A DNA stretch of 63,822 nucleotides, filler included, from Octopus bimaculoides (Eukaryota), in the NCBI RefSeq assembly GCF_001194135.2. It is 4 parts of 4 records of this genome, joined end to end, with 100 filler letters (N's around TTAATTAATTAA, not from the genome) between each part and the next. Parts side by side here need not be neighbours in the genome. Positions count along the whole stretch, not along the records: positions 1 to 30,323 come from NC_068999.1; 3 more parts are not named here. The stretch is one strand, 5' to 3'. Under the pieces are notes generated by a model. The model saw only the letters and a list, made by a program, of their open reading frames with translations, was not told where the DNA came from and ran no database searches. The position numbers and the translations under genes were made by a program. This document shows, piece by piece, positions 1 to 13,835 of this stretch (the stretch's first letter is position 1; each line of letters begins with the position of its first letter).

Positions 1-76
1 TATATATATATGCATATATATATGCATATATATATGCCTATATGCATACACATATATACGCGTATATATATATATG

Positions 77-121
<45 letters not shown>

Positions 122-1125
122 TACTAAGATTTAAAGGATTATTTTCGCACCACTAACGAGGGCACAATAACACAAGACCCAACACCTTCAACTACCCCCC
201 TCCCATCACCGTCTCCACCATCACCAACGCGAACACAACTACCAACAACAACAACTATACCAACAACAGCAACAATAGGAAAAGTACTTGCAACAACAAC
301 AACAAACGAATATGAAAAACATGCGATAGAAACATTCAAACATCAAACAGACATGCGCAAACTCATTCAATCAACTAAACAATGACGAAAAAAAAAAACT
401 ACATATCAGATCAATAAATTTGTTGACAAAAGTTGTCAACAGAATAGAAAAATTTTTGGATTTTTGTTTGTTTTTTTTTTGTTTTTCTTTTTTGTTTTCT
501 TATTCTATCATTGGTTAAGGTGTGTTTGCAACTCAATGAGCAATAACGAAAGCAACAGCTCCGAAGGAACGGCAGTAGCAGCATGTAAGACGTACGCTCT
601 AAAAACACCGACAGTATTACAATACGAAACAACGCAAAGTACAAAATAAAAATAATAATTACCCTAAATGAAAACAAGAGCCGCAAATAACAACGAAAAC
701 TACTGTGTATTCTAAGACAGACAGTTTGTTTAGTAAAAGCGAAAGATAAAGATAAACAATAAAACCATGTTACATCGAAAACAAAACATTTAAGTAGGCA
801 ATAAAAATATAAGGATCGAACAGAGAGGAGTTCTAATCCGGAACAACATCAACATCAATGTTTAGATTAAGTGTGCCTCCATGTAAAATAAGAGATATTA
901 TTTATCTCAGATGCGGCCCTACTTTTTACGTTCGTATGTCTACCATCTTTAGCAAGGAACCTATTTGTTTTGTTCTGGTTTTCGTTTTTGGTTTTTTTGT
1001 TTTTTTTTCCTTTTTGTTCTCTTTTTTTTTAATTCTCTTCACCGATTCGTAATGGCAAATAGAGTAAAGTTGTTTACAAAGTTTCCTTTAATGCTTTGTT
1101 AGACTATATATGTGTGCATGAGTAT

Positions 1126-1158
<33 letters not shown>

Positions 1159-2029
1159 NNNNNNNNNNNNNNNNNNNNNNNNNNNNNNNNNNNNNNNNNN
1201 NNNNNNNNNNNNNNNNNNNNNNNNNNNNNNNNNNNNNNNNNNNNNNNNNNNNNNNNNNNNNNNNNNNNNNNNNNNNNNNNNNNNNNNNNNNNNNNNNNNN
1301 NNNNNNNNNNNNNNNNNNNNNNNNNNNNNNNNNNNNNNNNNNNNNNNNNNNNNNNNNNNNNNNNNNNNNNNNNNNNNNNNNNNNNNNNNNNNNNNNNNNN
1401 NNNNNNNNNNNNNNNNNNNNNNNNNNNNNNNNNNNNNNNNNNNNNNNNNNNNNNNNNNNNNNNNNNNNNNNNNNNNNNNNNNNNNNNNNNNNNNNNNNNN
1501 NNNNNNNNNNNNNNNNNNNNNNNNNNNNNNNNNNNNNNNNNNNNNNNNNNNNNNNNNNNNNNNNNNNNNNNNNNNNNNNNNNNNNNNNNNNNNNNNNNNN
1601 NNNNNNNNNNNNNNNNNNNNNNNNNNNNNNNNNNNNNNNNNNNNNNNNNNNNNNNNNNNNNNNNNNNNNNNNNNNNNNNNNNNNNNNNNNNNNNNNNNNN
1701 NNNNNNNNNNNNNNNNNNNNNNNNNNNNNNNNNNNNNNNNNNNNNNNNNNNNNNNNNNNNNNNNNNNNNNNNNNNNNNNNNNNNNNNNNNNNNNNNNNNN
1801 NNNNNNNNNNNNNNNNNNNNNNNNNNNNNNNNNNNNNNNNNNNNNNNNNNNNNNNNNNNNNNNNNNNNNNNNNNNNNNNNNNNNNNNNNNNNNNNNNNNN
1901 NNNNNNNNNNNNNNNNNNNNNNNNNNNNNNNNNNNNNNNNNNNNNNNNNNNNNNNNNNNNNNNNNNNNNNNNNNNNNNNNNNNNNNNNNNNNNNNTATAT
2001 ATATTCCTGCTGCCTATGTATCGACAAGT

Positions 2030-2310
2030 GTTAAAAGCACAGTGAATACCGCAAGGATAAGAAACTCCGTCCCAGTAGTGACCAGCGGAAATATCAGGTA
2101 TATTCGGCCTCTTGGTACCTTGCCAAGCATTTGTACTTGCAGACAGCCTCATGATCAGGCGAGAATCCCTTACCTCCGTTATAAGAAACACTGAATAAAG
2201 CATTCATTGATGTTGCAAATAGCTGCCACTGTAGAAACTCAGTGTGGGTTTAGATCTGGTACATGCACCACATCTATGATCTTTAGTGAACCAGAACTGC
2301 TGTGAAAGCA
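2030..2310 (+). mobile_element. RTE-clade LINE reverse transcriptase fragment (degenerate, N-terminal RT motifs)
   Basis: Plus-strand translation at 2234-2284 gives ETQCGFRSGTCTTSMIF, matching the RTE motif ESQCGFRxGRxTxDMIF. Upstream GNIR resembles GNYRGISL. Stops and frameshifts are present. Confidence 0.8.
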
Positions 2311-2697
2311 TCAACAGATTTCAGAAATTTGTCTTCAACAAATACGGTGGGGAAGATTCCTAGATTGTTACCAGGATGTGGTTGATACAACAGTTCAGTC
2401 ATTTTTTATGCTAATAGTTAAGCCCAAAATGTCTGCTGCTGCAAGTATATAAATAATGTGTTGGATGTCTTCAAGTGTATGACCAACTACGGCTCAATCA
2501 TCAGCAAACAGTAAGTCTCTTATTGTCTGAGATGACATTTTAGTCCTTGTTTTGAAGCGCTGCTGGCTGAACATGCTTCCCATTGTCCTATATTCAAGAA
2601 AGACTCGCTCTTCTGCATTAGAAACACACAATCTAGCATTCCTGCAAAAGATAACACAAATAACAGTGGTACCAAACCACAACGTTGTTTTGTATCA
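2300..2697 (-). mobile_element. RTE-clade LINE reverse transcriptase fragment (GVKQG motif through FADD and beyond), inverted relative to the neighbouring fragment
   Basis: Minus-strand translations: TKQRCGLVPLLFVLSFAGML (GVKQGCVLAP motif), YRTMGSMFSQQRFKTRTKMSSQTIRDLLFADD, GLTISIKK and TELLYQPHPG...LKSVDAFT. Confidence 0.88.
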
Positions 2698-2782
2698 TGC
2701 ATATATATGCACATACTTTTGCATATGTATTTTTTGTGTGCGTATGTATGCATGTACACGCACATAGATGCATATGTTATCA

Positions 2783-2799
2783 GTCTCTCTCTCTCTCTC

Positions 2800-2898
<99 letters not shown>

Positions 2899-2917
2899 CT
2901 CTCTCTCCGTCTCTCTC

Positions 2918-2984
<67 letters not shown>

Positions 2985-2985
2985 C
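2783..2985. repeat. Compound microsatellite (CT)n/(CTAT) followed by (GATA)n
   Basis: Directly visible. Representative of dozens of di-, tri- and tetranucleotide tracts in the window; most N gaps are flanked by such tracts. Confidence 0.95.
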
Positions 2986-4728
2986 TACACTAAGTATATA
3001 CATATATATTATATGTGTTTACATGAAGACACAATATCTATAAATGCGTGTGTGTTTCTGTGTGTTTCTGTGTGTTTCTGTGTGTTTCTGTGTGTATGTG
3101 TTTGTGCGCATGCGTGTTTATGTGCGTGTAACTCAGCAAAGTTAATCTCTGCATGTAATATTCATTAACTGAAATGTACCGTTAATATTTACTAACTATA
3201 ATCTATAGAATTATAGTTATTCTTTTATTTTTTCCTGTCTTTCTATCAAATGAAATGCTGTCATCGAAACCAGAAACTCCATCTCCACCGCCGCCAAAGA
3301 TTACATTGGTACTATTTTCTCTCAAACATCCAATGTATCTTCAATCCATTTCTAATAAAGTAAAATACATGAGGTTTTTTCACTATTGCTTGGATATTTT
3401 TCTTTCTGTTTTTATATGATTTTAGTTTTCTCCAGGATAATCTCCGTTATTTTCTTTTTTTTTTGTATTCTCCCAAACGGTTGTCGACCAGTACATTATG
3501 CCGAATCGTAGATCAAGAATCATACAAAATATATCAGTTAGATTACACCATGGACAACAGTAAAGAAGCTTCCAGATAACATTGGAGTGGTTGAGGATTT
3601 ATTTTCAAGCTGATTTAGATAATCTATGCTGCAATTTTTTGGTTTATTTTTCGTTTTGTTGTTGTCGTTGCTTTTTTTTTTTATTTGCTGTGTTGTTGTT
3701 GTTGTTCAGGTTTTAAACTAATGCTACGACGGGTACGAATAGTCAGAAATGCAATGTAACTTGAGGGTAGTTTTATCAACGCTTCATACATTAATATTAG
3801 TATTATTATGTAGATTATTATTTGGCAATAACAGTACGTATATACGTGTTTGTGGATGTTTGTGTTTGTGACTCCATTTGCCTGTGTATGTGCGTGTGTA
3901 TATATACTTATAGACATTTACGCATATGTACATATATATACATATATACTTATTTATATATATATATATATNNNNNNNNNNNNNNNNNNNNNNNNNNNNN
4001 NNNNNNNNNNNNNNNNNNNNNNNNNNNNNNNNNNNNNNNNNNNNNNNNNNNNNNNNNNNNNNNNNNNNNNNNNNNNNNNNNNNNNNNNNNNNNNNNNNNN
4101 NNNNNNNNNNNNNNNNNNNNNNNNNNNNNNNNNNNNNNNNNNNNNNNNNNNNNNNNNNNNNNNNNNNNNNNNNNNNNNNNNNNNNNNNNNNNNNNNNNNN
4201 NNNNNNNNNNNNNNNNNNNNNNNNNNNNNNNNNNNNNNNNNNNNNNNNNNNNNNNNNNNNNNNNNNNNNNNNNNNNNNNNNNNNNNNNNNNNNNNNNNNN
4301 NNNNNNNNNNNNNNNNNNNNNNNNNNNNNNNNNNNNNNNNNNNNNNNNNNNNNNNNNNNNNNNNNNNNNNNNNNNNNNNNNNNNNNNNNNNNNNNNNNNN
4401 NNNNNNNNNNNNNNNNNNNNNNNNNNNNNNNNNNNNNNNNNNNNNNNNNNNNNNNNNNNNNNNNNNNNNNNNNNNNNNNNNNNNNNNNNNNNNNNNNNNN
4501 NNNNNNNNNNNNNNNNNNNNNNNNNNNNNNNNNNNNNNNNNNNNNNNNNNNNNNNNNNNNNNNNNNNNNNNNNNNNNNNNNNNNNNNNNNNNNNNNNNNN
4601 NNNNNNNNNNNNNNNNNNNNNNNNNNNNNAGAAAGACAGAGTGTGGTTTGCTAGAGAGGGAGACTGGGACGGAAACAAGGGGCGAGTCCAGTCAATCCAC
4701 GACCCCCGCCTTGCGATGGAGCTGCATG

Positions 4729-4759
<31 letters not shown>

Positions 4760-5099
4760 CTATGTATATATAATTCACATGAAAGCTAGCTGATCGAACC
4801 TCCAAAGTTACAGTCAATTTTTTCAAAGGTTCAATAAATCTGTTCTCTGCCAAAATGTATGGAGTAATTATTCAGTCTAATGTTAAATTATTTTTATATA
4901 TACCCTGGCATAAAACCCACAACGCTATACATACATACATACATACATACATACATACATAAATACATACATACATACATACATACATAAATACATACAT
5001 ACATACATACATATATATATTTATATATGTATATATAGGTGTATGCAAATGAACGAGGTAATGTACGTGAGAGAATGCATATCGAAATTGAAAGCTAAC

Positions 5100-5165
<66 letters not shown>

Positions 5166-5274
5166 ATTTATTTGCATACATATAATTAATAATTATATAT
5201 ATGTGTGTATGTGTGTGTGTGTATGTTTATATGTATATATACATACACATATTTTCATACACATAATTGCTAAT

Positions 5275-5328
<54 letters not shown>

Positions 5329-5848
5329 AATGTATGCATGCGTGCATATAAACCCATCATTTTACCTCAAAACATTTTTACATTTATTCAAACATTTCAA
5401 GAACAGTCTGTAAATTTATAATACCAGTATATTAACTATTTCATACTATTTAATCCCCATATATATATAATTATATATACATTTTTTGTAAAATCTTTAA
5501 CTATAAATGCCATCTACATAGAAATATCGACGTAACTTCGTTATCTAAAGAACTGATGAAATATATTTAACACCACCGGAAAACGAACTCAGAAGACTTT
5601 TCTTACAAAAGGTATCTTTGATGTTTGAATTATCAAGATTCTATATAAAAACTTTGTTTGACACTTAAATTATTAAAGTTCAATAATAATTATGTCTCCC
5701 ATATTTCCATACGTAACTAATGGGAGCAGAAGTCTACTTCCGAAGTTTAAGTTGCAGGTAAAATTTCCGCAGATGAGCTTCCATGTAGTTTCTGTCTATC
5801 CAATTTTGGCCGCAACATACGCGTAGACGGAATTTGTGCGGAATCCTT

Positions 5849-5925
<77 letters not shown>

Positions 5926-6039
5926 TGTATGTGTGTGTATTTAAATTTGTATGTGTGTGTATCTCTGCGTTTGTACTCATGCCATTTGATAATTAATGTT
6001 TGGTTTCTTTACATCTACGTATCATAAAGGCTCACCAAA

Positions 6040-6330
6040 ATGACCCCGATTTAATAAGTACCAGATTTGGAAAGAATAATTAATGGGGTCGATTTCTTTG
6101 TGTGAACCCTCTAGGTTTTTCCCTATCATGATCGCATTCCAATGACTGAAACAACTTTTAAAATGTTATAGATAGATAAACACACCGTAAACTAGCGGTT
6201 CGGCAAAAGAGAACGATGGAATAAGTGCCAGACTTTAAAAGAATTAAGTTCTGCAGTCGATTTTTTGGCTAAAATTTCTTTAATGCGGTCCTCAACATAA
6301 CTACAGTCTGGCTAGAATAACCAAAAGACA
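6040..6330 (+). mobile_element. Two degenerate fragments of the 3' half of SINE family B (tail module D)
   Basis: ctagcggttcggcaaaagagaacgatggaataagt and ...caatgactgaaacaac match the reverse complement of 63590-63730. Confidence 0.6.
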
Positions 6331-7429
6331 GATAGACAAACAGACAGACAGACAGATGTGTGTGTGTGTGTGTACATATAATCATGATTATTTATGTAAT
6401 GTAAAGGGAGAAGAAGGAAGGAGAAAGTAATATAATTATAATTCTGCCAGGAAGCCGAAATTATGAAGAACATAGCTCATTCATCGTCCGCCAGCCAGAT
6501 ATTTTGCCAAAATATTTTGCATAGAACCGAGCCAGTGCTCTGTGATGCGTAATGTACAGATGAGTCCAATGGACTATGGAAACTGACCATTATTGAATAA
6601 AATTTGTGTTGATTGTAGTGGTGGTCTACTATTTTCTTGAGAATCTATACACATTTCAACAAGCCAATTCATAGCTAATAAAAAAAATACCTGATGAATC
6701 TATACGTGAGACGAATAATAACGATAATAATAACATCTTTCCAGTTATCATCATTATTTGAATTAACTAAGTGAACAAACGATTGATCACCGATACATAT
6801 CTCATATTTGAACGGTTGTAAAGCTTATTGATATGATCGGTTTGGTTTCGCTTTGTGTTTTTTCTTTCTTTTTTTGTTGTTCATTTATACCTTCTTTATT
6901 GCCTACAAATCGTAGAAGCTACCAACCTGATCACTGATTCATGTATATGTAAGTATATAAGGCTGCTGTGTGGCTTTTTTTTTCTTCTTTTCCTTTCATT
7001 TATTTTTCTTCTTTCTGGGTCGTTTTTTGTAAAATAAATGACTTCTAAAAGTGCTCTACTCTATTATCAACGTGTGACTACAACACAAAGCGACTGATGT
7101 ACAAACCTGCCTCTCGGTAATTCTCAAAATTAATGCATTTTGATCCTTCACTTCTTACGTATTCATTCGTATATCAAAGCGAAACCCTGAAGCTTCGTTT
7201 CTCTAAATGTAACCAAAGACAACAACAAAAAATTCTTTTCGTGATTTCCATGATTAACAATGCTTTTCGTATTTTCTTCTTACAATTACTTTTTTTTTTT
7301 CTCCAACTAAAGCTTGTGATGTTGAGCAACATGTAGAATACCTGGCATTCCTTCGTTTCATACATTTATTTTCTATTTTCAAATCCCATCACACTGAATT
7401 ATTCATTTTTCTTGGGTGTATCGTTTTTT

Positions 7430-7482
7430 GTTTGTTACCCCCACGTCGTTTGTTACCCCCACGTCGTTTGTTACCCCACGTC
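7430..7482. repeat. 18-bp minisatellite GTTTGTTACCCCCACGTC x3
   Basis: Copies at 7430-7447, 7448-7465 and 7466-7482 (third copy lacks one C). Confidence 0.95.
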
Positions 7483-8379
7483 GCAAGAAGTACTCCTGTT
7501 CTGCCGTTTTTCTTTTTCCATTTTCGTTNNNNNNNNNNNNNNNNNNNNNNNNNNNNNNNNNNNNNNNNNNNNNNNNNNNNNNNNNNNNNNNNNNNNNNNN
7601 NNNNNNNNNNNNNNNNNNNNNNNNNNNNNNNNNNNNNNNNNNNNNNNNNNNNNNNNNNNNNNNNNNNNNNNNNNNNNNNNNNNNNNNNNNNNNNNNNNNN
7701 NNNNNNNNNNNNNNNNNNNNNNNNNNNNNNNNNNNNNNNNNNNNNNNNNNNNNNNNNNNNNNNNNNNNNNNNNNNNNNNNNNNNNNNNNNNNNNNNNNNN
7801 NNNNNNNNNNNNNNNNNNNNNNNNNNNNNNNNNNNNNNNNNNNNNNNNNNNNNNNNNNNNNNNNNNNNNNNNNNNNNNNNNNNNNNNNNNNNNNNNNNNN
7901 NNNNNNNNNNNNNNNNNNNNNNNNNNNNNNNNNNNNNNNNNNNNNNNNNNNNNNNNNNNNNNNNNNNNNNNNNNNNNNNNNNNNNNNNNNNNNNNNNNNN
8001 NNNNNNNNNNNNNNNNNNNNNNNNNNNNNNNNNNNNNNNNNNNNNNNNNNNNNNNNNNNNNNNNNNNNNNNNNNNNNNNNNNNNNNNNNNNNNNNNNNNN
8101 NNNNNNNNNNNNNNNNNNNNNNNNNNNNNNNNNNNNNNNNNNNNNNNNNNNNNNNNNNNNNNNNNNNNNNNNNNNNNNNNNNNNNNNNNNNNNNNNNNNN
8201 NNNNNNNNNNNNNNNNNNNNNNNNNNNNNNNNNNNNNNNNNNNNNNNNNNNNNNNNNNNNNNNNNNNNNNNNNNNNNNNNNNNNNNNNNNNNNNNNNNNN
8301 NNNNNNNNNNNNNNNNNNNNNNNNNNNNNNNNNNNNNNNNNNNNNNNNNNNNNNNNNNNGTAATACGTATATATATTCT

Positions 8380-8587
8380 TTTCTACTCAGGGCACAAGGC
8401 CCAAAATTTGGGGTCAGGGGTGTCATTCGATTAGATCAACCCCAGTACGCGACTGGTACTTAATTTATCGACCCCGAAAGGATGAAAGGCAAAGTCGACC
8501 TCGGCGGAATTTGAACTCAGAACTTAAAGACAGACGAAATACCGCTAAGGATTTCGCTCGGCGTGCTAACGTTTCCGACAGTTTACC
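8380..8587 (-). mobile_element. tRNA-derived SINE family A, near full length (older tail type)
   Basis: Reverse complement contains the B-box-like ctgagttcaaattcc and the conserved core gtcgactttgcctttcatcctttcggggtcgataaattaagtacc, which recurs in more than 10 copies in the window. Confidence 0.85.
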
Positions 8588-8649
8588 AATAAATTAATAT
8601 GCATAAAAGATACGAAAAAAGATGTGGATCTCTTCTAAGAATTTTTTCA

Positions 8650-9290
8650 GATGTCCATACAGTGACGTGTCTGGAACGGGTGGATCTCATAGAAATATTT
8701 TTCCAAAGATGCCGATGACACCAACTGAATTTCAAGGAATGCAACTGCTTGATTGTTCTATTAAACATTTGCATCACGGATGTTAGATTTTCAGTCTTAC
8801 TAGAGGGCCTATAATCTTTTGCAAAGATGCGCACCTTTAACTGCAGGTGTTAAGACATCTTATCATCCGAACTGATACATGCCTTCATTTCATCTAGAAA
8901 TTTCTCAACGAGAGCCATGAACCACTCATCTTCGGTCAGAGGCTATAGCAGAAGACACTTGTCACATGTCCATAGAGTGATTTTTCTGGGACGGTTGGAT
9001 CTCATAGAAATATTTGTCCAAATGTGATGATGGCTCCAACTGGATTTCGAGCAATGCAAATGTTTGATTTTTCTGTTAAGCATCTACATCATGGATGTTA
9101 GATTTTCAGTTTTGCTAGATGGCCTATAATCTTTTGCAAAGATGCGCACCTTTAACTGCAGGTGTTAAGACATCTTATCATCCGCACTGATACATGCCTT
9201 AATTCCATCTTGGAATTATTCAATGAAAGCCATGGACCACTCATCCACGGTCGGAGGCTATAATAGAAGACATTTGTCCGAGGTTCTGTC
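8650..9290. repeat. Tandem duplication, two ~315-bp units, each ending in a SINE B fragment
   Basis: ggatctcatagaaatattt at 8682 and 8997 (offset 315). 8806-8869 is identical to 9121-9184. Confidence 0.9.
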
Positions 9291-9551
9291 CAGTGGTATC
9301 CCACATGAAAGTACCAGGCGCGCAATTGAGCTTCTAAATCACTTATACCCGAAGAAAAAAATCAAAAAAATTTGCATCAATAACTTTAAGACTAGGAGCG
9401 TGAAACTCATTTCATATTATTCCACTCTATTGCGCATTATTGAGTACGTTTTTATTTAATGTGTATGAAACGAAGCCATCACACACACAAATACACACGC
9501 AGATGCACATAGATATATACACATAGTGATATACATATATGCAGATAGACG

Positions 9552-9631
<80 letters not shown>

Positions 9632-9829
9632 TTACATACTTATGTATTCACATATACATGTTAGTCTTGTACATATATACAAGCCGGCAGAATTATCAGC
9701 ACACCGATCAAAATGCTTAGAGAGAGAGGGGGAGAGAGACTATTAGTGTGTGTCTGTGTACGCTACACACTTGTTACGGAATGTGGCTGACATTTAGGTA
9801 AAAGTCTTGTTTACGATGAAATTATTGTT

Positions 9830-10081
<252 letters not shown>

Positions 10082-10591
10082 NNNNNNNNNNNNNNNNNNN
10101 NNNNNNNNNNNNNNNNNNNNNNNNNNNNNNNNNNNNNNNNNNNNNNNNNNNNNNNNNNNNNNNNNNNNNNNNNNNNNNNNNNNNNNNNNNNNNNNNNNNN
10201 NNNNNNNNNNNNNNNNNNNNNNNNNNNNNNNNNNNNNNNNNNNNNNNNNNNNNNNNNNNNNNNNNNNNNNNNNNNNNNNNNNNNNNNNNNGTGGTGGTGG
10301 TGGTGGTGCAGAAAATTCAGGAAGTGGGGTAAGTTGTCGTGCTGGTGCAGGAGGAGGAGGAGGAGAGGATACGTATTATTATTTACCCCTATCCAGTTCC
10401 ATCCCTGACAATGCTTATGCAAGTAAAACTAGAAAAAAGACCTTGACACGAAACTCTTATCTAAAAACCCTGAACGATACATTAAACTTGAGATGTTTTC
10501 GAAATTGTTCGAGGACAGACTTAAAATTGGTAGCCTTTGTATTCATAGGACTAAAACAAGTAAAAGAATAAAATAATATAAACGAGATTCC

Positions 10592-10738
10592 AAGCAGTTT
10601 CCGACTCCCAAATTCATTCGCAAGGCACTGGTACGATCACGGCTGTAATTGAAGGCACTGGCACAAGATGCCACCCTGTGGGAGTGAACCTGAAACCACG
10701 TGGCTGCAAAGCCAATTTCTTAATCACAAAGCCACTTT
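10592..10738 (-). mobile_element. SINE family B head/CORE fragment, degenerate
   Basis: Aligns to the reverse complement of 49526-49690 (gtggct...ggttcagtcccac...). Confidence 0.65.
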
Positions 10739-11289
10739 GGAAAACCGAATCAAAAGGCTAACTATAAACCTGAAAATGGTCAAAGACCTTCAAATGCTAT
10801 ATATTTGAGAGTTCTTTAAGAATCGGTCCAAGGATCACAAAGTACCCCCATCGTACACCAATCTGTTACAAGCTTCATTCACCTTCGATGTGTCTCACCA
10901 ATGTTTTCTCTTCATTGATTTCTCTGACGTTAAAACTGAATTGAAAACATTCACTCGGAAACCAGGTTGGTTTGAAATTCAGCTAAAGATACGCTGTAAA
11001 TATATTTCTGTTAAAATTATAACTTTTTGCATTAGTAATCGACACGACGAGATAATGTTAATTAGTAACTGAAGAGAGTATAGATAAAAACAACATTTTG
11101 AGAAAATAATTAATTGAATAAATAAAATTAAGAAAATAAAGAAAAACATCAATAATAAATTTTTTTTTTTTTTTTTGTATAATCGATCTGCAAAATTGAT
11201 TAATTGTAAATATAAATACGGCTAATTTATACAACATCAAAGAGAAAAACCTTTTATCAGTAACAGATGAAATAGTTTTATCTCCGGAC

Positions 11290-11341
<52 letters not shown>

Positions 11342-11953
11342 TGGAGGAGGAGTGGGTTTGGAACGTTGTTGTTGGTGGTGACAGTGGCGGTGATCGTATC
11401 GCTTCATCATCATTATCATCATCATTACCATCGTCGCCGTCATCATCACCATGGCGACGATAATAGTATAGTGAACTCAATTACATCACGTGGTATTATC
11501 TCAACTCTGGATCAGATGGCAACTGTACGGAAGTTTTAAATTATGATTTTCTATTGGATACAAATCGGCGGTTGTTGATCAATACAGAACTCGTGATGGC
11601 AGTATCGATAGTTCGAAACTCGGCTCTTGTACTGTGTCCTCTGCGTATCTATCACGCTTTAGCATCACGTAGGCATTACGTGTAACGAAAATAACAACTA
11701 TTTCTTCTGTGATGGCTATTTTACATTCAAGAATTTGCAGCCAGATCACCTCACCTCTCTCCAAGCTTAAAGAGAGGAAAACGTGGAAAACATATTTTCA
11801 AACTAAAGTACCGCCGTCATTCACCAGCAAGCATAAAATCAGAGCAGCTTTCTTCAAATGTTTTAGATGCCTGTGTAGTCTCGAGGAGGCATAGATATCT
11901 TCATTGAAAGTCTCTTAGGATTAGGGATATTACAATAGCTAACATTTCCTTAA

Positions 11954-12169
11954 ACCTTTAATGCTTAAACCGGTCATAACTGGTCCAAACATTTTGCCTG
12001 TTTTACATTCAAACTGACCAGATCTGGCTTCTCGTACCTACCGTACAGTGTAATTCTAAAAAAGTAAACAATCATATCATCAAAATCTCAAATCTCTGCA
12101 AGATAACGATTAATTCAAAACAATGGAAATGAATATTACAATTGAAAGGGTATTTTTAATAGTAGAGGG
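11954..12169. mobile_element. piggyBac-like MITE with TTAA target-site duplication
   Basis: TTAA at 11950-11953 and 12170-12173. Degenerate terminal inverted repeats accttta.../...tagaggg (CCCTTT-type). Confidence 0.55.
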
Positions 12170-12229
12170 TTAAATTTTTTCAGACACTTGAGTGAGATGT
12201 GACAGAGAGTTTTTTCCACCAGATATCAA

Positions 12230-12445
12230 GAAGCGAGCTAGCAAAATTGTTAGCCCGTCTTACAAAATGCTTAGCGGTACTTCTTTCGGTTTGAAGTTCT
12301 GAGTTCAAATGCCGCTAAGGTCTCACTTTTTGTTTCCCTTTTTTCGTGGTCGATAAAATAAGTACCACTCGAGCACAAAGATCGATGTAACCGACTTAAC
12401 CGCACCCCTGTAAATTTGCTGTCCTTGGGTCAAAATTCGAAATCC
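12230..12445 (+). mobile_element. SINE family A, degenerate
   Basis: gcgagctagcaaaattgttagc...ctgagttcaaatgccgctaaggtc...gtggtcgataaaataagtacc. Confidence 0.75.
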
Positions 12446-13835
12446 CATTGCACTGTACTATAAGAAAGGTTTGACTTCAATTTCTAGCAGGTGACTCCAT
12501 TGTAGCTAACTCGAAAGCTTGGGTTAATTAACAACACTCTTAGTTTAGATTTCCCCACTTTACTCCGATGTTACGAATCAAATGTACTCACTTGAACTTC
12601 CTGTCCAAAAATAAGTTTCCGAGTTATGTAATAAGAATCTAAAGATTTAATTGAAGGCACCACCCGTGGACTTGTCACCATATAACGCAGGGTGATTAGT
12701 TTCATTCTCATTATTACGTTATAGTTTGATTAATAGTTGATTTATTTATCTATTTATTTTAATGGAAATTCATTAAATTCAAAAACTTAAGTAATTAAAA
12801 GAGATTTTGGCATATGCATCCAATTAATTCTGTCGGGGGGAATAAATTTTCGGTAAAATTGCAGTAAAATTTGAAATAGTAGGAATTGGATTAAAGCAGC
12901 GAAACTTTTTCTCCCGAAATAATAATTTTTTTTTTAAAAACAAAAAATATAAATATGTATATATTAAAAATATAAATAGATCCATAAAAAAAAAAATACA
13001 GTACTCATTAAAGCGTGTGCCGATATGCTCATTTAAATTCACATTCATTATATGTTTATCCAGCGGGAAAATATTCCTTTCACCAGAATGCCTTCTAGAA
13101 ATGAAAATATATTGGATACCAGCAACAACAACAACAAAAGAATTTTTAAATAAATGAATGAAAAATGCAGCAACAATTAAAAACATTCCAGGTGTATTTC
13201 TTTCTTTTTCTCTTTCATTTTCGNNNNNNNNNNNNNNNNNNNNNNNNNNNNNNNNNNNNNNNNNNNNNNNNNNNNNNNNNNNNNNNNNNNNNNNNNNNNN
13301 NNNNNNNNNNNNNNNNNNNNNNNNNNNNNNNNNNNNNNNNNNNNNNNNNNNNNNNNNNNNNNNNNNNNNNNNNNNNNNNNNNNNNNNNNNNNNNNNNNNN
13401 NNNNNNNNNNNNNNNNNNNNNNNNNNNNNNNNNNNNNNNNNNNNNNNNNNNNNNNNNNNNNNNNNNNNNNNNNNNNNNNNNNNNNNNNNNNNNNNNNNNN
13501 NNNNNNNNNNNNNNNNNNNNNNNNNNNNNNNNNNNNNNNNNNNNNNNNNNNNNNNNNNNNNNNNNNNNNNNNNNNNNNNNNNNNNNNNNNNNNNNNNNNN
13601 NNNNNNNNNNNAATAAATTGGGGTTTTTTTCTTTAAAAAAAAGAAGAGTACTAAATTCTATAAATTGGTATATATAATCATTAAATTTGCAGAATTAATG
13701 GAGACAACGTGAGTGTTTCGATCTCTGGTGAACATAAAGCAGAATAAACAAAAAAACCATTACATTTCATTTGAATTCATTAACGTTGCGACTAAAGATG
13801 GAAACAACATCAAAATCACGATATCCACAACTTAA

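Noticed and set aside
2030-2697. Twin-priming 5' inversion as the explanation for the RTE structure
   Set aside because: Twin priming joins the 5' ends of the two segments (divergent); here the 3' ends converge.
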